Below are positions 15,777 through 34,022 of a stretch of DNA of 64,000 nt, in pieces. Every line of letters begins with the position of its first letter. Positions within the stretch are counted from its first letter, which is position 1. The position numbers and the translations under genes are program-made. The notes beneath the pieces are model-generated. The model saw nothing but the letters and a program-made list of their open reading frames with translations, did not search any database and had not been told where the DNA came from. Origin of the DNA: Coraliomargarita sp. (GTDB lineage Bacteria > Verrucomicrobiota > Verrucomicrobiia > Opitutales > Coraliomargaritaceae); contig OZ244160.1 of assembly GCA_965216325.1 (NCBI GenBank), positions 2,560,001-2,624,000 of the forward strand, in the 5' to 3' direction.

Positions 15777-17297
15777 ATGATCCAAAAGATCGCTCACTCT
15801 GTGCAATTGCTGGGCCTCGTCGCGCTGGGCGCGATTGCTTCGGCCGCTGACTCGTTTGAATACACAACGGAGATTCCTGAGGGAATCCTCACGCCGGATA
15901 CCGTCGAGACCTCGATCGGCACATTGACCTTTACCGATGGCGTGCCATCGCGCGAGACGGCTGACAAGGCCTACGACTTCATGGACACTGCCCGTGCTGC
16001 GGATGCGTTCCTTAAAGGGATGCCAGCGGCGTCGCTGGCAGGATTGCTTGAAGGCTCCCGCTCGCTGGGTGCCGTGGAAGCGCACCAAGTCGTGATCATG
16101 GATGGTTTGATGGATCCCAAGTCGTTGTTTCTGACGGCAAATACGTCTACGATCTATGTATTACCTGATCTGGATCTAAAGCGTGATGGTCCAACTGTTG
16201 TGGAGTCGCCGAAGGGCTTATTGGGCGCTGCCAACGACGGCTACTTTCGGTTCGTCGAGAACATTACTGGCGGGAAATATCTGTTTTTGCCTCCAGGCTA
16301 TGAGGGTGAGGTTCCTGAGGGCTACATCGTCTTGCGTCCAGAGACCTATACACTCTGGCTCTTTCTTCGTAAGTCGCCTAAGAGCAAAGCTCCGGAAGAT
16401 GTGGCTGAAGGCGCTCAGTTTATTCGCGATGGCTTGAAGGTATATCCTCTGTCAAAGGCGGACAACCCACCAGCCATGGAATGGATCAGTGGCACTGGTA
16501 AAGCCTACAACACCATCCACTATAACAATGCCGAGTTCTACAGTCATATGAACGAGGTCATTCAGTATGAAGCGCAAGGACTCCTTACTCCGGAGATTCG
16601 TGGTCTCTTTGCATCGCTGGGCATTGAAAAGGGCAAGCCCTTCAATCCGGATGAGCGCATGAAGGGCATTCTCGCCGATGGTGTTGCGATTGGCAATGCA
16701 CAGGCACGCGCGATTGTTTGGTATCCGCGCATCGACATGAATATGGGCGGTGTGCAGATCTACCCCGATACGGACAGTGCGTGGAATATGGGTTATCCTG
16801 AGCGCAATACTGCGTTTAGCGGTGCGGACGGTGCGACGATGAACACTGATGCGCGTGTCAGTTTCCACTATCCCTACACGGGTGTGACTCCGGCGATGGC
16901 GACGCCCCGCGAGGGCACAGGTTCGGACTATGGCATCGCTTTTCTTGATGGCGACAAACAGCCTTTTGATGGCGCTCAGACTTATAAAATTACGCTGCCA
17001 GCGGATGCACCGATTGCAAATTTCTGGGCAGTGACGATCTACGATACGCAGACTCGGTCCATGCTGCAGACGGATCAAAAAGCGGCCGGTATCGACAGCT
17101 TGCAAGATGGGCTTCGTTACAACCGCGACGGCTCCATTGATATCTACTTCGCGCCAAAGGCGCCTCCGGGGTATCAAAACAACTGGGTGCAGACTGTGCC
17201 GGGCAAGAGCTGGTTCACCATCTTGCGTATGTATAGCCCGCTTGAAGAATGGATCGACCAGTCCTGGCGTCCAAGTGAAGTGATTCGCCTGGATTAA
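15777..17297 (+). CDS. Exported DUF1254/DUF1214 domain protein
   Basis: Signal peptide (ASA-AD), LTANTSTIY, DLKRDGPTVVE, FWAVTIYD, DGSIDIYFAP and WFTILRMYSP. Confidence 0.88.
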   Translation: MIQKIAHSVQLLGLVALGAIASAADSFEYTTEIPEGILTPDTVETSIGTLTFTDGVPSRETADKAYDFMDTARAADAFLKGMPAASLAGLLEGSRSLGAVEAHQVVIMDGLMDPKSLFLTANTSTIYVLPDLDLKRDGPTVVESPKGLLGAANDGYFRFVENITGGKYLFLPPGYEGEVPEGYIVLRPETYTLWLFLRKSPKSKAPEDVAEGAQFIRDGLKVYPLSKADNPPAMEWISGTGKAYNTIHYNNAEFYSHMNEVIQYEAQGLLTPEIRGLFASLGIEKGKPFNPDERMKGILADGVAIGNAQARAIVWYPRIDMNMGGVQIYPDTDSAWNMGYPERNTAFSGADGATMNTDARVSFHYPYTGVTPAMATPREGTGSDYGIAFLDGDKQPFDGAQTYKITLPADAPIANFWAVTIYDTQTRSMLQTDQKAAGIDSLQDGLRYNRDGSIDIYFAPKAPPGYQNNWVQTVPGKSWFTILRMYSPLEEWIDQSWRPSEVIRLD

Positions 17298-17567
17298 CCG
17301 TGTTGTTTCCCATTTGGGCTGTATTTGCTGAGCGGTCAGTTTCCGGATTCCGCAGCTCGATGCGGCGGCCAAGGCCCTGATGGCTCACGCCTTCGGCGAG
17401 GGAGCTGCTCCTAATTCGAGCGAGCTACAGGTCCTTTGGGAAGTGTGCGTCGCTTCACGTAATTGCTGTTATCATCGCGACGTGTTGCGGCTCAATCCCA
17501 AGGCGAAGTAAAGGCTGCTAGTTGCGATGCATTCTTGCTATTAAATAATTTCAGGTAGAATGATTTG

Positions 17568-18017
17568 ATGAAGATCTTATACTACTTGGCGCTCTATGTC
17601 GTTTCAGCTCTGCTATCCGCAGAAGAGGGCGTATTTTGGGACTATAATTTCGATGGTCACGAAGATCGTCGGATATGGCGGGAAAGCGATGGACGGCTTG
17701 GGTATTACGACATCTATCTTTATAGCGAAAAAACAAAGTCATTTGAGAAGCACGCTGTGCTTAGTGGTCTTCATAATCCGATTCCGAATCAGGAGACTCG
17801 GCAGATCGAGTGCTTTTGGCCGGGTGGGCATGCGGGGATGATCTACCGCATGCAGCTATATGCTTGGGATGGAGATGAGCTGAGCTTGGAAAAGGCGATT
17901 ACTCAAGATCACATTAAGGTCGGAGAGGTTTGGGAATATATTAAAGTCACGGTTGTGGTAGCTGATGGGATGCCTCGCATCGAATTGATTGAGCATATCG
18001 AGCCGGGGATTAAATGA
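17568..18017 (+). CDS. Predicted secreted hypothetical protein
   Basis: Signal peptide and a DYNFDGHED Ca-binding-like loop. Confidence 0.7.
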   Translation: MKILYYLALYVVSALLSAEEGVFWDYNFDGHEDRRIWRESDGRLGYYDIYLYSEKTKSFEKHAVLSGLHNPIPNQETRQIECFWPGGHAGMIYRMQLYAWDGDELSLEKAITQDHIKVGEVWEYIKVTVVVADGMPRIELIEHIEPGIK

Positions 18018-18155
18018 CTGTGAGGCTTCAGGTATATAAAATGGCGCGCAGACTTGAGTAATCCAAGACAGGTGCTGTATTAGAGCTTCTGTAATTTGAG
18101 ATGAATCTACCAACCTGGTCTCATTGCCTTTTATACTACTGCCAGCTAGCCTCTA

Positions 18156-21100
18156 ATGCGTCATTCTATCTTCTACTTGCTCTGTTCCCTTTTTTTTCAG
18201 TCTGCTCTCATTGCTGAGAATCCTTATGGGGTGAATCCGTATCGAAAGGCCGCACTCGCATACGATCTATATCATGCGGAATCGGATGTTCGGGGAATGG
18301 ATGAGATTATTCAGCGTATTCAAGAGTTTGTCGCAGAGCAGTATGCAACTGCGGGGCTTGAGGAACCCGATGATCTGGCGCGAGATGAAAGCCTTGCAGC
18401 CTTCGTGCGAGAGCATTTTGACGCAGAACAGTATAGTTCAGTCATCATCAATGAATATAAGAGTGGTTTTACCGAGGGCGAATTGAAGCAGCTCGTGGAG
18501 TTTTTTGACACCGAATTGGGAGGCAAGTATGCCAAAGTTGCGAGCAAAGCGGATCGTAACAAAGAGCGTCTGTTTCGTCGCGACTTTAATAAGTTATCTC
18601 GAGACTTATGGCAACTAATGGGGCAAGTGGCTCAGGATTCTGGACAGAAGTTTGCTTCGCCAAACGCAGGATATACTACGGAAGACCTTGTTGGTGAGTG
18701 GCGTGAAGAGGGCTACGACGGCGATTATTATATCAGTGATTTCAGGGCTGATGGAACGATGGTATTCACCCATTACGATACAGATGGCAACGAGGATCCT
18801 TTCTTTGAAGGCACTTGGGAGCTTTCGGGGGATGTGATATCCTACACAAGCTCTGATGAGCGCGAACCGTGGAAGCACCAGTCCATCTGGCGCTACAATG
18901 GCAGGAAAATACTCTATGAGAATAGCTACCCGAAAACAGAACGCACTGAATTAGGTTCGATGCGCAGGATTAAAAAGGAGGTTTCTGCTGATGAGGCGGA
19001 GCCGGAAGTAATCGCTGAAACTGTAGGCGAAGCTGTTTATAAAACCGAGGATCTCATTGGCCGATGGCAAGAGGAATGGAAAAATGGCGTTTCCGTTGTG
19101 TCTGATTTTAAAGCCGACGGAACGATGTTGGTCACTTGGTATGATGAGGGTGAAGAACTCGCCAAACAAGAAAGACTCTGGGCATTCGTTAATAATGTCA
19201 TGATATTCCGCATGAGCCCTGATGATGACGATCCGGTGCGCGAAACTGTGCTTCGTATTGAGGGCGGGCGTATGACCTATCGGGATGTCAATGGTGATAC
19301 CGCAGGCATGGTGCGACTGGACGATGAGCCTGCACAGCAACTCGAGAAAGAGTTAGTTTTTTATACGGCAGAGGATCTTGTTGGAGTCTGGCGTAAGAAT
19401 TTTAGTGGTCGTGTCGTAGATATGGACTTTCGCGCTGATGGCACTCTAATCGTCAGTTCGTATCTTGATCAAGGCGGTGGAGAACGCTCTAATTCACCTG
19501 TATTTTGGGAACTGGTGGACAACGTTATCGTAGTGCGGACAAGTCCTGACGATCCAGAACCTCGAAAATCGACCTTGCTGAGTATTGATGATGAGCAGAT
19601 GACTCAACTCTTTGCGAGCGGTGCGACCGTGGTCAGGTTTCGAGTAGAGGATGAACATGCGCAGGAGCTGGAGGAAGATATTGAGACCACTAGCGAGGCG
19701 AGGGTAGTAAATGGCCAATATATACCATCCAAAGCGGTGCAGGAAAAGATGCAAAGCGAGTGGTCATTGAACATAGATCGTCAAATTAAATTTGATATGG
19801 CTATGAAAAAATTGAATCAACGCGCACTAGACTGGAAGCCAGTGGTGCAAAACCGAAAAGTAGGATTTAAAGATAGCGTCAATTCTATTGTCATCGAATG
19901 TAAATACGATTCGGTATATAAATTTGACGAATCAGGTCTAGCAGCAGTCTTACTGGGTGAAGGCTGGGGTTTTATTAACTCTCTCGGTGAGCTAGTGATT
20001 GATGCACAATATCAGCGAGTTGATAGTTTTGGCGGAAATGATCTGACACGCGTAAAGAGAGGCGACAAGTATGGCCTAATTAACCAGAGAGGTGAAGAGG
20101 TGTTGCCTCTGAAATACACAACTATACGCGACTTTGGAGAGAAAGAGTATGCGGTCGTAGAAACGTCGTGGGGATCCTCGTCCACAGGTTTGATTAGTAA
20201 GGCAGGTGTTGAAGTTATACCTTGCTTATATGATGATATCAAAACTCTAGAGGTGGCCTCAGACCATGAGCACACTAACATATGGCTCTGCTATAAGAAA
20301 AGTTCAGAAGGAAATTATAACATCAAACTTTATGATGTTAACAAAAAGCTTTTCGTTGGCTCTAAATACCAAGAAATCAAGGTGCGGTCAGATCATAACG
20401 AAGTTGAGTTATGGCCAGCATTTAAAGATAAAAAATGGGGTTATATAGACCGCAGTGGGCAAGAAGTCATTCCATGTATCTATGATCGTTTTTATTTTGA
20501 TGGGAATACTCATTTTGATAAATCAGGCATGATAAAGCTGAGAAGGCAGGGGCAATGGCACTTTGTTGATCACACAGGTAAGGAAGTTTTGGTGGAAAGT
20601 CATCTAGTGGTGTTAAATTTCGATCCGGCTTATAATTTAGCAAGGTTTCGCAGTGCTAGCACTGAATTGTGGGGGGTTATCAACTTAGAGGGGGATGTTG
20701 TTATAGCTGCTGATTATCATAATCTCTCATCATTTATAGACGGCCTTAGTATAGCAAGGAATCGTAATTACAAATATGGGATGATTGATCCTAATGGACG
20801 GGTAATGATTCCTTTTGTTTATGATAGTTTGACTGCTTTCGGAGATGATGGCTTAGCCGTAGCTTCAAAAAATGATAAATACGGCATTATCAATAAGCAG
20901 GGGGAAACAGTGGTCCCATTTGCTTATGATTGGTTGAGTAGCGGATATGGTGGCACAATATTTGACAGTAACGGCCTCACCTCTGCGAAACTCGGTGAAA
21001 AATGGGGCATGATCAACAGGGCAGGTAATCAAATCATCCCAATAAAATATACAAAAGTTGTAGAAGAAAGCGATTCTCGCTATGGCGTGCTAATCGATAA

Positions 21101-21590
21101 AAAATGGGGAATGGTTGGTTCAAGAGGGAATGAGTTGCTTCCTTGCGTGTATGACTATCCTTTCGATTCTAGTGATTCACGCGTAGATGTTTTCGTGAAA
21201 AATGGGAAAAAAGGTCTATTATATAAAGATGGGACTTTATTTCAGCGAGCTGTTTATGATGATATCCGTCTTTATGAAACTGAGGATGCAATTCGGGTAG
21301 TCTATAAAGGGAAGGATGGGTTTATAGATTTCAAAGGGAATCTGTTGCTTCCTATTGTGTATGATTTGGCATATTCTAATGACATAGGTTACGTGGTGCG
21401 AAAAAACGGCAAGTGGGGCTTAGTCGATAAATCACACAAGACTATTATACCCTGTAAATACGATCCGGATTTTGTGACGTTTGAGAAGTTAGAATCTGGA
21501 CTCTATAAATTTAGACTGAGAGATGAGGGCTATAACACTGTTAAAAGCGGTTTCATGGACGAATTAGGTAATTCTACCTTTGAGTATTGA
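18156..21590 (+). CDS. Secreted multidomain protein: DUF2059-like domain, three lipocalin-like repeats and WG (KWG) repeats
   Basis: FTEGELKQLVEFFDTELGGKY; three YxxEDL(V/I)GxW...DF(R/K)ADGT repeats; many K(W/Y)GxIxxxGxxxIPxxYD repeats. Confidence 0.85.
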   Translation: MRHSIFYLLCSLFFQSALIAENPYGVNPYRKAALAYDLYHAESDVRGMDEIIQRIQEFVAEQYATAGLEEPDDLARDESLAAFVREHFDAEQYSSVIINEYKSGFTEGELKQLVEFFDTELGGKYAKVASKADRNKERLFRRDFNKLSRDLWQLMGQVAQDSGQKFASPNAGYTTEDLVGEWREEGYDGDYYISDFRADGTMVFTHYDTDGNEDPFFEGTWELSGDVISYTSSDEREPWKHQSIWRYNGRKILYENSYPKTERTELGSMRRIKKEVSADEAEPEVIAETVGEAVYKTEDLIGRWQEEWKNGVSVVSDFKADGTMLVTWYDEGEELAKQERLWAFVNNVMIFRMSPDDDDPVRETVLRIEGGRMTYRDVNGDTAGMVRLDDEPAQQLEKELVFYTAEDLVGVWRKNFSGRVVDMDFRADGTLIVSSYLDQGGGERSNSPVFWELVDNVIVVRTSPDDPEPRKSTLLSIDDEQMTQLFASGATVVRFRVEDEHAQELEEDIETTSEARVVNGQYIPSKAVQEKMQSEWSLNIDRQIKFDMAMKKLNQRALDWKPVVQNRKVGFKDSVNSIVIECKYDSVYKFDESGLAAVLLGEGWGFINSLGELVIDAQYQRVDSFGGNDLTRVKRGDKYGLINQRGEEVLPLKYTTIRDFGEKEYAVVETSWGSSSTGLISKAGVEVIPCLYDDIKTLEVASDHEHTNIWLCYKKSSEGNYNIKLYDVNKKLFVGSKYQEIKVRSDHNEVELWPAFKDKKWGYIDRSGQEVIPCIYDRFYFDGNTHFDKSGMIKLRRQGQWHFVDHTGKEVLVESHLVVLNFDPAYNLARFRSASTELWGVINLEGDVVIAADYHNLSSFIDGLSIARNRNYKYGMIDPNGRVMIPFVYDSLTAFGDDGLAVASKNDKYGIINKQGETVVPFAYDWLSSGYGGTIFDSNGLTSAKLGEKWGMINRAGNQIIPIKYTKVVEESDSRYGVLIDKKWGMVGSRGNELLPCVYDYPFDSSDSRVDVFVKNGKKGLLYKDGTLFQRAVYDDIRLYETEDAIRVVYKGKDGFIDFKGNLLLPIVYDLAYSNDIGYVVRKNGKWGLVDKSHKTIIPCKYDPDFVTFEKLESGLYKFRLRDEGYNTVKSGFMDELGNSTFEY

Positions 21591-21672
21591 TGAGGAGCGG
21601 CTAAAGAATGACATAGGAGGAGTTGTTATTGGTTAGTAATCGCTAAACCTGCTTCGCGTCGAAAATTGCCGA

Positions 21673-21727
<55 letters not shown>

Positions 21728-21809
21728 TCAGAGCGATCAATCACATTTTAAACCACTAACGCAGGTCTATATAAACGGGATCACACGGTTCCACCTGCCA
21801 ATTAGTATT

Positions 21810-22454
<645 letters not shown>

Positions 22455-22492
22455 GTTCGCCAACGCAAAAACGCAGAAAGGACATTATCATA

Positions 22493-23131
<639 letters not shown>

Positions 23132-23134
23132 GCC

Positions 23135-23425
23135 ATGATCATTCCAGACAAAATTCTCCGCGAATTCCGCATCACAGAGAAGACTGCGACACTCGCGGCC
23201 AATCTGAACCAATACACCTTCGAAGTTGCACCTGAAGCGAACCGCAAGGAGATCGCACGTGCCGTTGAAAAGCTCTTCAGCGTCGAAGTGGTTAAGGTAA
23301 ACACACTCGTTAAAAAGCCTAAGGTGAAGGCAGACCGCTCACGTCGTGGTCGTCCGGGCACTAAGGGTGGTCACAAGAAGGCGATCGTTACTCTCAAGGA
23401 GGGTGACAAGATCGAACTCGTCTAA
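23135..23425 (+). CDS. rplW: 50S ribosomal protein L23
   Basis: ITEKT, YTFEV and KKAIVTL; operon position. Confidence 0.97.
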   Translation: MIIPDKILREFRITEKTATLAANLNQYTFEVAPEANRKEIARAVEKLFSVEVVKVNTLVKKPKVKADRSRRGRPGTKGGHKKAIVTLKEGDKIELV

Positions 23426-23446
23426 GTTAAAAGGAGATAAGACATC

Positions 23447-24292
<846 letters not shown>

Positions 24293-24309
24293 TTCAACGA
24301 ATTTAAACT

Positions 24310-24567
<258 letters not shown>

Positions 24568-24616
24568 TTCAGAAATTCCGTTTCTGTATTCTTCTTTCGT
24601 TCTTTCATAATAACTT

Positions 24617-24991
24617 ATGCACTTTTCGCCCGCACCTCGCATCTCATGCTTGGTTGCCTGGCTCATCCTGGGAGTCCTAACCTGCAGCAGCGGGGTGCGG
24701 GCGGAGGTGCCTAATTTCGTCAAGGAGTCAGTCTACAGCCCGAATGCGGCACCTGTAGCCAAAGTCCTACCGTCCTATGCAGCTGATATCGTCATCCTCG
24801 ATGGCGGCTTGGAGCAGGGACTACGACGCGGCATGGTCTGCTCGGTCTCACGCGGACTCCAAACCATTGGCGAAATTATTATTATCGAATCCAGAAGCGA
24901 CCGGTCCGCAGGACTTATCCTCGAACTGGTCGAAGATGCAACAATCACTGCGGGAGACATCGCCCGCCTAAAGACAATTCAAACCAGCTAA
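24617..24991 (+). CDS. Predicted secreted small beta-rich protein embedded in the S10 operon
   Basis: 124 aa; hydrophobic signal ending VRA-E; VILDGG..QGL..GM...IGEI...I.AGD pattern; ends 5 nt before rplV. Confidence 0.7.
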   Translation: MHFSPAPRISCLVAWLILGVLTCSSGVRAEVPNFVKESVYSPNAAPVAKVLPSYAADIVILDGGLEQGLRRGMVCSVSRGLQTIGEIIIIESRSDRSAGLILELVEDATITAGDIARLKTIQTS

Positions 24992-24996
24992 ATATC

Positions 24997-25332
<336 letters not shown>

Positions 25333-25353
25333 GCCTTAACCAACGAATTTAAT

Positions 25354-25986
<633 letters not shown>

Positions 25987-26024
25987 ACCACTACTTAAAC
26001 GATAACATTTAACTAGAGCGAACA

Positions 26025-26444
<420 letters not shown>

Positions 26445-26469
26445 TCGCAAATCAAAAGGAGTCATACAA

Positions 26470-26674
<205 letters not shown>

Positions 26675-26691
26675 CACTAGCCCGTATAGAT

Positions 26692-26970
<279 letters not shown>

Positions 26971-26999
26971 TTTAATCCTAATTCAAGGAGACATTTAAA

Positions 27000-27362
<363 letters not shown>

Positions 27363-27364
27363 TC

Positions 27365-27607
27365 ATGGCACAAGCAATTAAACGCGAACAAGAAGTAGTC
27401 GTTATCAGCGGCGCCCACAAGGGCAAGCGCGGTAAGGTCCTCGAAGTTAAAGCTGGTGAAAAGGTTCTCGTCGAAGGCGTGAACATGGTCACTAAGTTCG
27501 AGCGCAAGACTCAAGAGAACCCAGAAGGCGGTTCCGTAGAGAAGGAAGCACCGATCCATTACTCCAATGTAATGCTCGCTGAAAAATTCGACGCGAAGAA
27601 GAAGTAA
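27365..27607 (+). CDS. rplX: 50S ribosomal protein L24 (short form)
   Basis: VISGAHKGKRGKV, VEGVN and EAPIHYSNV. Confidence 0.96.
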   Translation: MAQAIKREQEVVVISGAHKGKRGKVLEVKAGEKVLVEGVNMVTKFERKTQENPEGGSVEKEAPIHYSNVMLAEKFDAKKK

Positions 27608-27708
27608 GAAACAAAACTTGCCAGACATGGGAAAAACCCCATGTTCACGCACTTTTTTCCACCAAAATCCAAAACGACACGTCGGGTCGGAAATCCGGCT
27701 GTAAGCAA

Positions 27709-28293
27709 ATGGAACAAGCACTCCTACAAAAACATTATCAAGAAAAGGTCATCGCCGCTCTTAAAGAGAAGTTCGGCTATGACAACGCGCACATTGTGCC
27801 TGCAGTGACCAAGATCGTGGTCAACTCAGGTTTCGATGCAGGTTCTGACAAAAATCACGTAAAATACGTGAATGAAGAAGTGAGCAAGATCACTGGTCAG
27901 CGCACTGTTACCACTAAGGCAAAGCTTAGCATCTCGAACTTCAAGCTTCGTGAAGGTCAGCCAATCGGTTGCAAGGTTACACTTCGTGGCCGCGCAATGT
28001 ATGACTTCATGCTTCGCCTCATCAATGTTGCACTTCCTTGCATCCGTGACTTCCGCGGTGTGCCAACCAAGTTCGACGGTAATGGTAACTACACACTTGG
28101 TGTTTCCGACCACACGATCTTCCCGGAAGTCAGTGCTGAAGGTAACACCGCTACAATTGGTATGGATATCACTTTCGTGACATCTGCAAGCACCGATGAC
28201 GAGGGCCGCGAGCTTCTTCGTCTCTTCGGTATGCCATTCCGCAAGTCCAGTTCCGAGGTTGCTGCTGAAGAAGCTGCTGCCGCTGAAGCATAA
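27709..28293 (+). CDS. rplE: 50S ribosomal protein L5
   Basis: SISNFKLREG, GCKVTLRG and RDFRG. Confidence 0.99.
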   Translation: MEQALLQKHYQEKVIAALKEKFGYDNAHIVPAVTKIVVNSGFDAGSDKNHVKYVNEEVSKITGQRTVTTKAKLSISNFKLREGQPIGCKVTLRGRAMYDFMLRLINVALPCIRDFRGVPTKFDGNGNYTLGVSDHTIFPEVSAEGNTATIGMDITFVTSASTDDEGRELLRLFGMPFRKSSSEVAAEEAAAAEA

Positions 28294-28311
28294 ATCTAAA
28301 CATTTTATCTC

Positions 28312-28617
28312 ATGGCTAAAATATCAGCAATCCACCGCAACCTTAAGCGCGAGCGCCTGATCGCTAAGTATGCTGCAAAGCGTAAAGAGCTGAAGGCTAT
28401 CCTGGCCAACCCTGAAACTTCTGACGAAGAGTTCTACAAGGCACAGGCAAAGCTTACTAAGCTTCCTAAGAACAGCTCGCCGATCCGTGCCCGCAACCGT
28501 TGCTCCGTCACCGGTCGTCCACGTGCTTACATCCGCAAGTTCGGTCTTTCTCGTATCACATTCCGTGAACTCGCCTCTCAAGGCAAGATCCCGGGTGTGA
28601 CTAAGTCTTCCTGGTAA
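28312..28617 (+). CDS. rpsN: 30S ribosomal protein S14 (long, zinc-independent form)
   Basis: [11 protein letters not shown] and IPGVTKSSW; only one Cys. Confidence 0.98.
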   Translation: MAKISAIHRNLKRERLIAKYAAKRKELKAILANPETSDEEFYKAQAKLTKLPKNSSPIRARNRCSVTGRPRAYIRKFGLSRITFRELASQGKIPGVTKSSW

Positions 28618-28724
28618 ACAATTTCGGAGGCCAGAGGTCGGAAGCCAGAAGTCAGACACTTAAAACCTACAAGTGACTGAAATCGAACTTTCAACTAACA
28701 GCTTCCAACCATCAACTCATTCAA

Positions 28725-29149
<425 letters not shown>

Positions 29150-29167
29150 AGAAAGGAACCTTATACA

Positions 29168-29704
<537 letters not shown>

Positions 29705-29723
29705 TAAATAGGAGAGACATTAC

Positions 29724-30077
<354 letters not shown>

Positions 30078-30090
30078 GGAAAGACATCAT

Positions 30091-30645
<555 letters not shown>

Positions 30646-30653
30646 TCCGACAA

Positions 30654-31121
30654 ATGAATCTCGAAAACATTCCAACTGTTAAAGGCGCAACTCACGCACC
30701 GAAGCGTCTCGGTCGTGGTGAGGGTAGCGGTCACGGTAAGACTTGCGGTCGCGGCCACAAGGGACAGAAGTCCCGCTCCGGTGGTGGTATCCGTGTAGGT
30801 TTCGAAGGTGGTCAAATGCCACTTTACCGTAAGCTTCCACGCCGTGGTTTTAACAACAAGAACTTCAAGACAAGTTACCAAACCGTCAACGTTGACGAGC
30901 TTGCAAAGCTCGCAGGTGACGAAGTAACACGTGAAACACTGCTCGCTGCCGGTCTTATCCGCGACAACGATCAGGGCGTGAAGCTTCTTGGTGATGGCGA
31001 AGTGAGCAAGGCATACACAGTCTCCGTCTGCAAAGTATCCGGTTCTGCAAAGAGCAAGATCGAAGCTGCAGGTGGTAAGATCGTTGAAGCAGCTCCGGCC
31101 GAAGAAGCCGCTGCTGAGTAA
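30654..31121 (+). CDS. rplO: 50S ribosomal protein L15
   Basis: GRGEGSGHGKT and GFEGGQMPL. Confidence 0.99.
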   Translation: MNLENIPTVKGATHAPKRLGRGEGSGHGKTCGRGHKGQKSRSGGGIRVGFEGGQMPLYRKLPRRGFNNKNFKTSYQTVNVDELAKLAGDEVTRETLLAAGLIRDNDQGVKLLGDGEVSKAYTVSVCKVSGSAKSKIEAAGGKIVEAAPAEEAAAE

Positions 31122-31169
31122 TCTGCCTTCTTATTTGCTCAATTTGAGCTAGCCCTAAGATCACCACTG

Positions 31170-32684
<1,515 letters not shown>

Positions 32685-32752
32685 TTGAGCTCAGTTTAAA
32701 TTTCCGAAGCATCTTAATTCAGAAACGCTTCGACAAAATTTGTTCTTTGTAA

Positions 32753-33541
32753 ATGGCTGTCTCTTCCAAATCTCTGAAATACATTCGTTCCGACGAAGAA
32801 ATTCAGTCGATTCGTGAAGCCTGCCAAGTGGCTGCAACTGTGTTGCAACGCTTGGTGGATTCTGTGGAAGCGGGCATGACCACCTACGATCTCGACCAAC
32901 TTGGTCGCAAACACATCGAGTCGCTCGGTGCGGAAAGTGCTTGTTACAACTACCGCTCCGGCCACAACGTGTTCCCAGCCTATACCTGCATTTCAGTGAA
33001 CGACGAAATCGTTCACGGTATTGGTAGCCTCAAGCGTGTGATTAATGAGGGGGACGCGGTATCTATCGATGTGGTTGTGCGCTACAAGGGGTTTATCGGC
33101 GATAATGCAAAAACGGTGCTGATCGAGCCCGTCGCCGAAGAAACAGCCAAGATGGTCAAAGCGACTCAAGAAGCATTGAACTATGCCATCACCTTTGCCA
33201 AAGCCGGCAATCGGGTGGGGGATATCTCCAATGCGGTTGAGCGCTTCATCAAACGTCACAACTACGGCATCGTCCGTGAGTTCGTCGGCCACGGGGTTGG
33301 ACGGACCATGCACGAAGCACCGCAGATTCCGAACTTCGGCCGTCGTGGTAGTGGAGCGTTACTCAAGCCGGGCATGGCGCTCGCGATTGAGCCGATGATC
33401 AATCTCGGCACCCATGCGGTCGAGATGCTAGACGATGGATGGACGGCAGTCACACGCGACGGGAAGCCTTCCGCTCATTTTGAACACACCGTTCTGGTAA
33501 CGAACGCGGAACCAGAAATCTTAACAATTCCCAAAATTTAA
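32753..33541 (+). CDS. map: Methionine aminopeptidase type I
   Basis: CISVNDEIVHG, GHGVG, IEPMIN and SAHFEHT. Confidence 0.97.
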   Translation: MAVSSKSLKYIRSDEEIQSIREACQVAATVLQRLVDSVEAGMTTYDLDQLGRKHIESLGAESACYNYRSGHNVFPAYTCISVNDEIVHGIGSLKRVINEGDAVSIDVVVRYKGFIGDNAKTVLIEPVAEETAKMVKATQEALNYAITFAKAGNRVGDISNAVERFIKRHNYGIVREFVGHGVGRTMHEAPQIPNFGRRGSGALLKPGMALAIEPMINLGTHAVEMLDDGWTAVTRDGKPSAHFEHTVLVTNAEPEILTIPKI

Positions 33542-33559
33542 CTTTCCAAAAGGAATTTA

Positions 33560-33597
<38 letters not shown>

Positions 33598-33617
33598 CTA
33601 TTAACGTATTTTTTATT

Positions 33618-33980
33618 ATGCCACGTATCTTAGGAGTCGACATCCCTGCTAACAAGAAGCTCGAATACTCGCTTCGCTATGTCTACGGCATTGGCCCGAC
33701 ACGCGCGAAGACAATCGTCGCCGAAGCCGGCTTCGATCCAGATCGCCGTGCTGGTGACCTGAGTGAAGAAGAGCTCAACAAGCTCGCAACTATTGTTGCA
33801 GACAAGCAATACGTCGTTGAAGGTGACCTCCGTCGTGAGATCACTGCCAACCTTAAGCGCCTGATCGCTGTTCGCAGCTGGCGTGGAATGCGTCACGCAC
33901 GTGGCCTTCCGGTTCGTGGCCAACGCACTAAGACTAATGCTCGCACGCGCAAGGGCGCTGTGAAGCCAATCCGCAAGTAA
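33618..33980 (+). CDS. rpsM: 30S ribosomal protein S13
   Basis: YGIG and LPVRGQRTKTNARTRKG. Confidence 0.99.
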   Translation: MPRILGVDIPANKKLEYSLRYVYGIGPTRAKTIVAEAGFDPDRRAGDLSEEELNKLATIVADKQYVVEGDLRREITANLKRLIAVRSWRGMRHARGLPVRGQRTKTNARTRKGAVKPIRK

Positions 33981-34022
33981 TTCGCGAAATCGCGTAAAAA
34001 CATTTAGAAAAGGACATTTGCA

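Noticed and set aside
14322..17297. Prophage or integron interpretation of the accessory block
   Set aside because: No integrase, phage structural genes or convincing repeated attC-like sites seen
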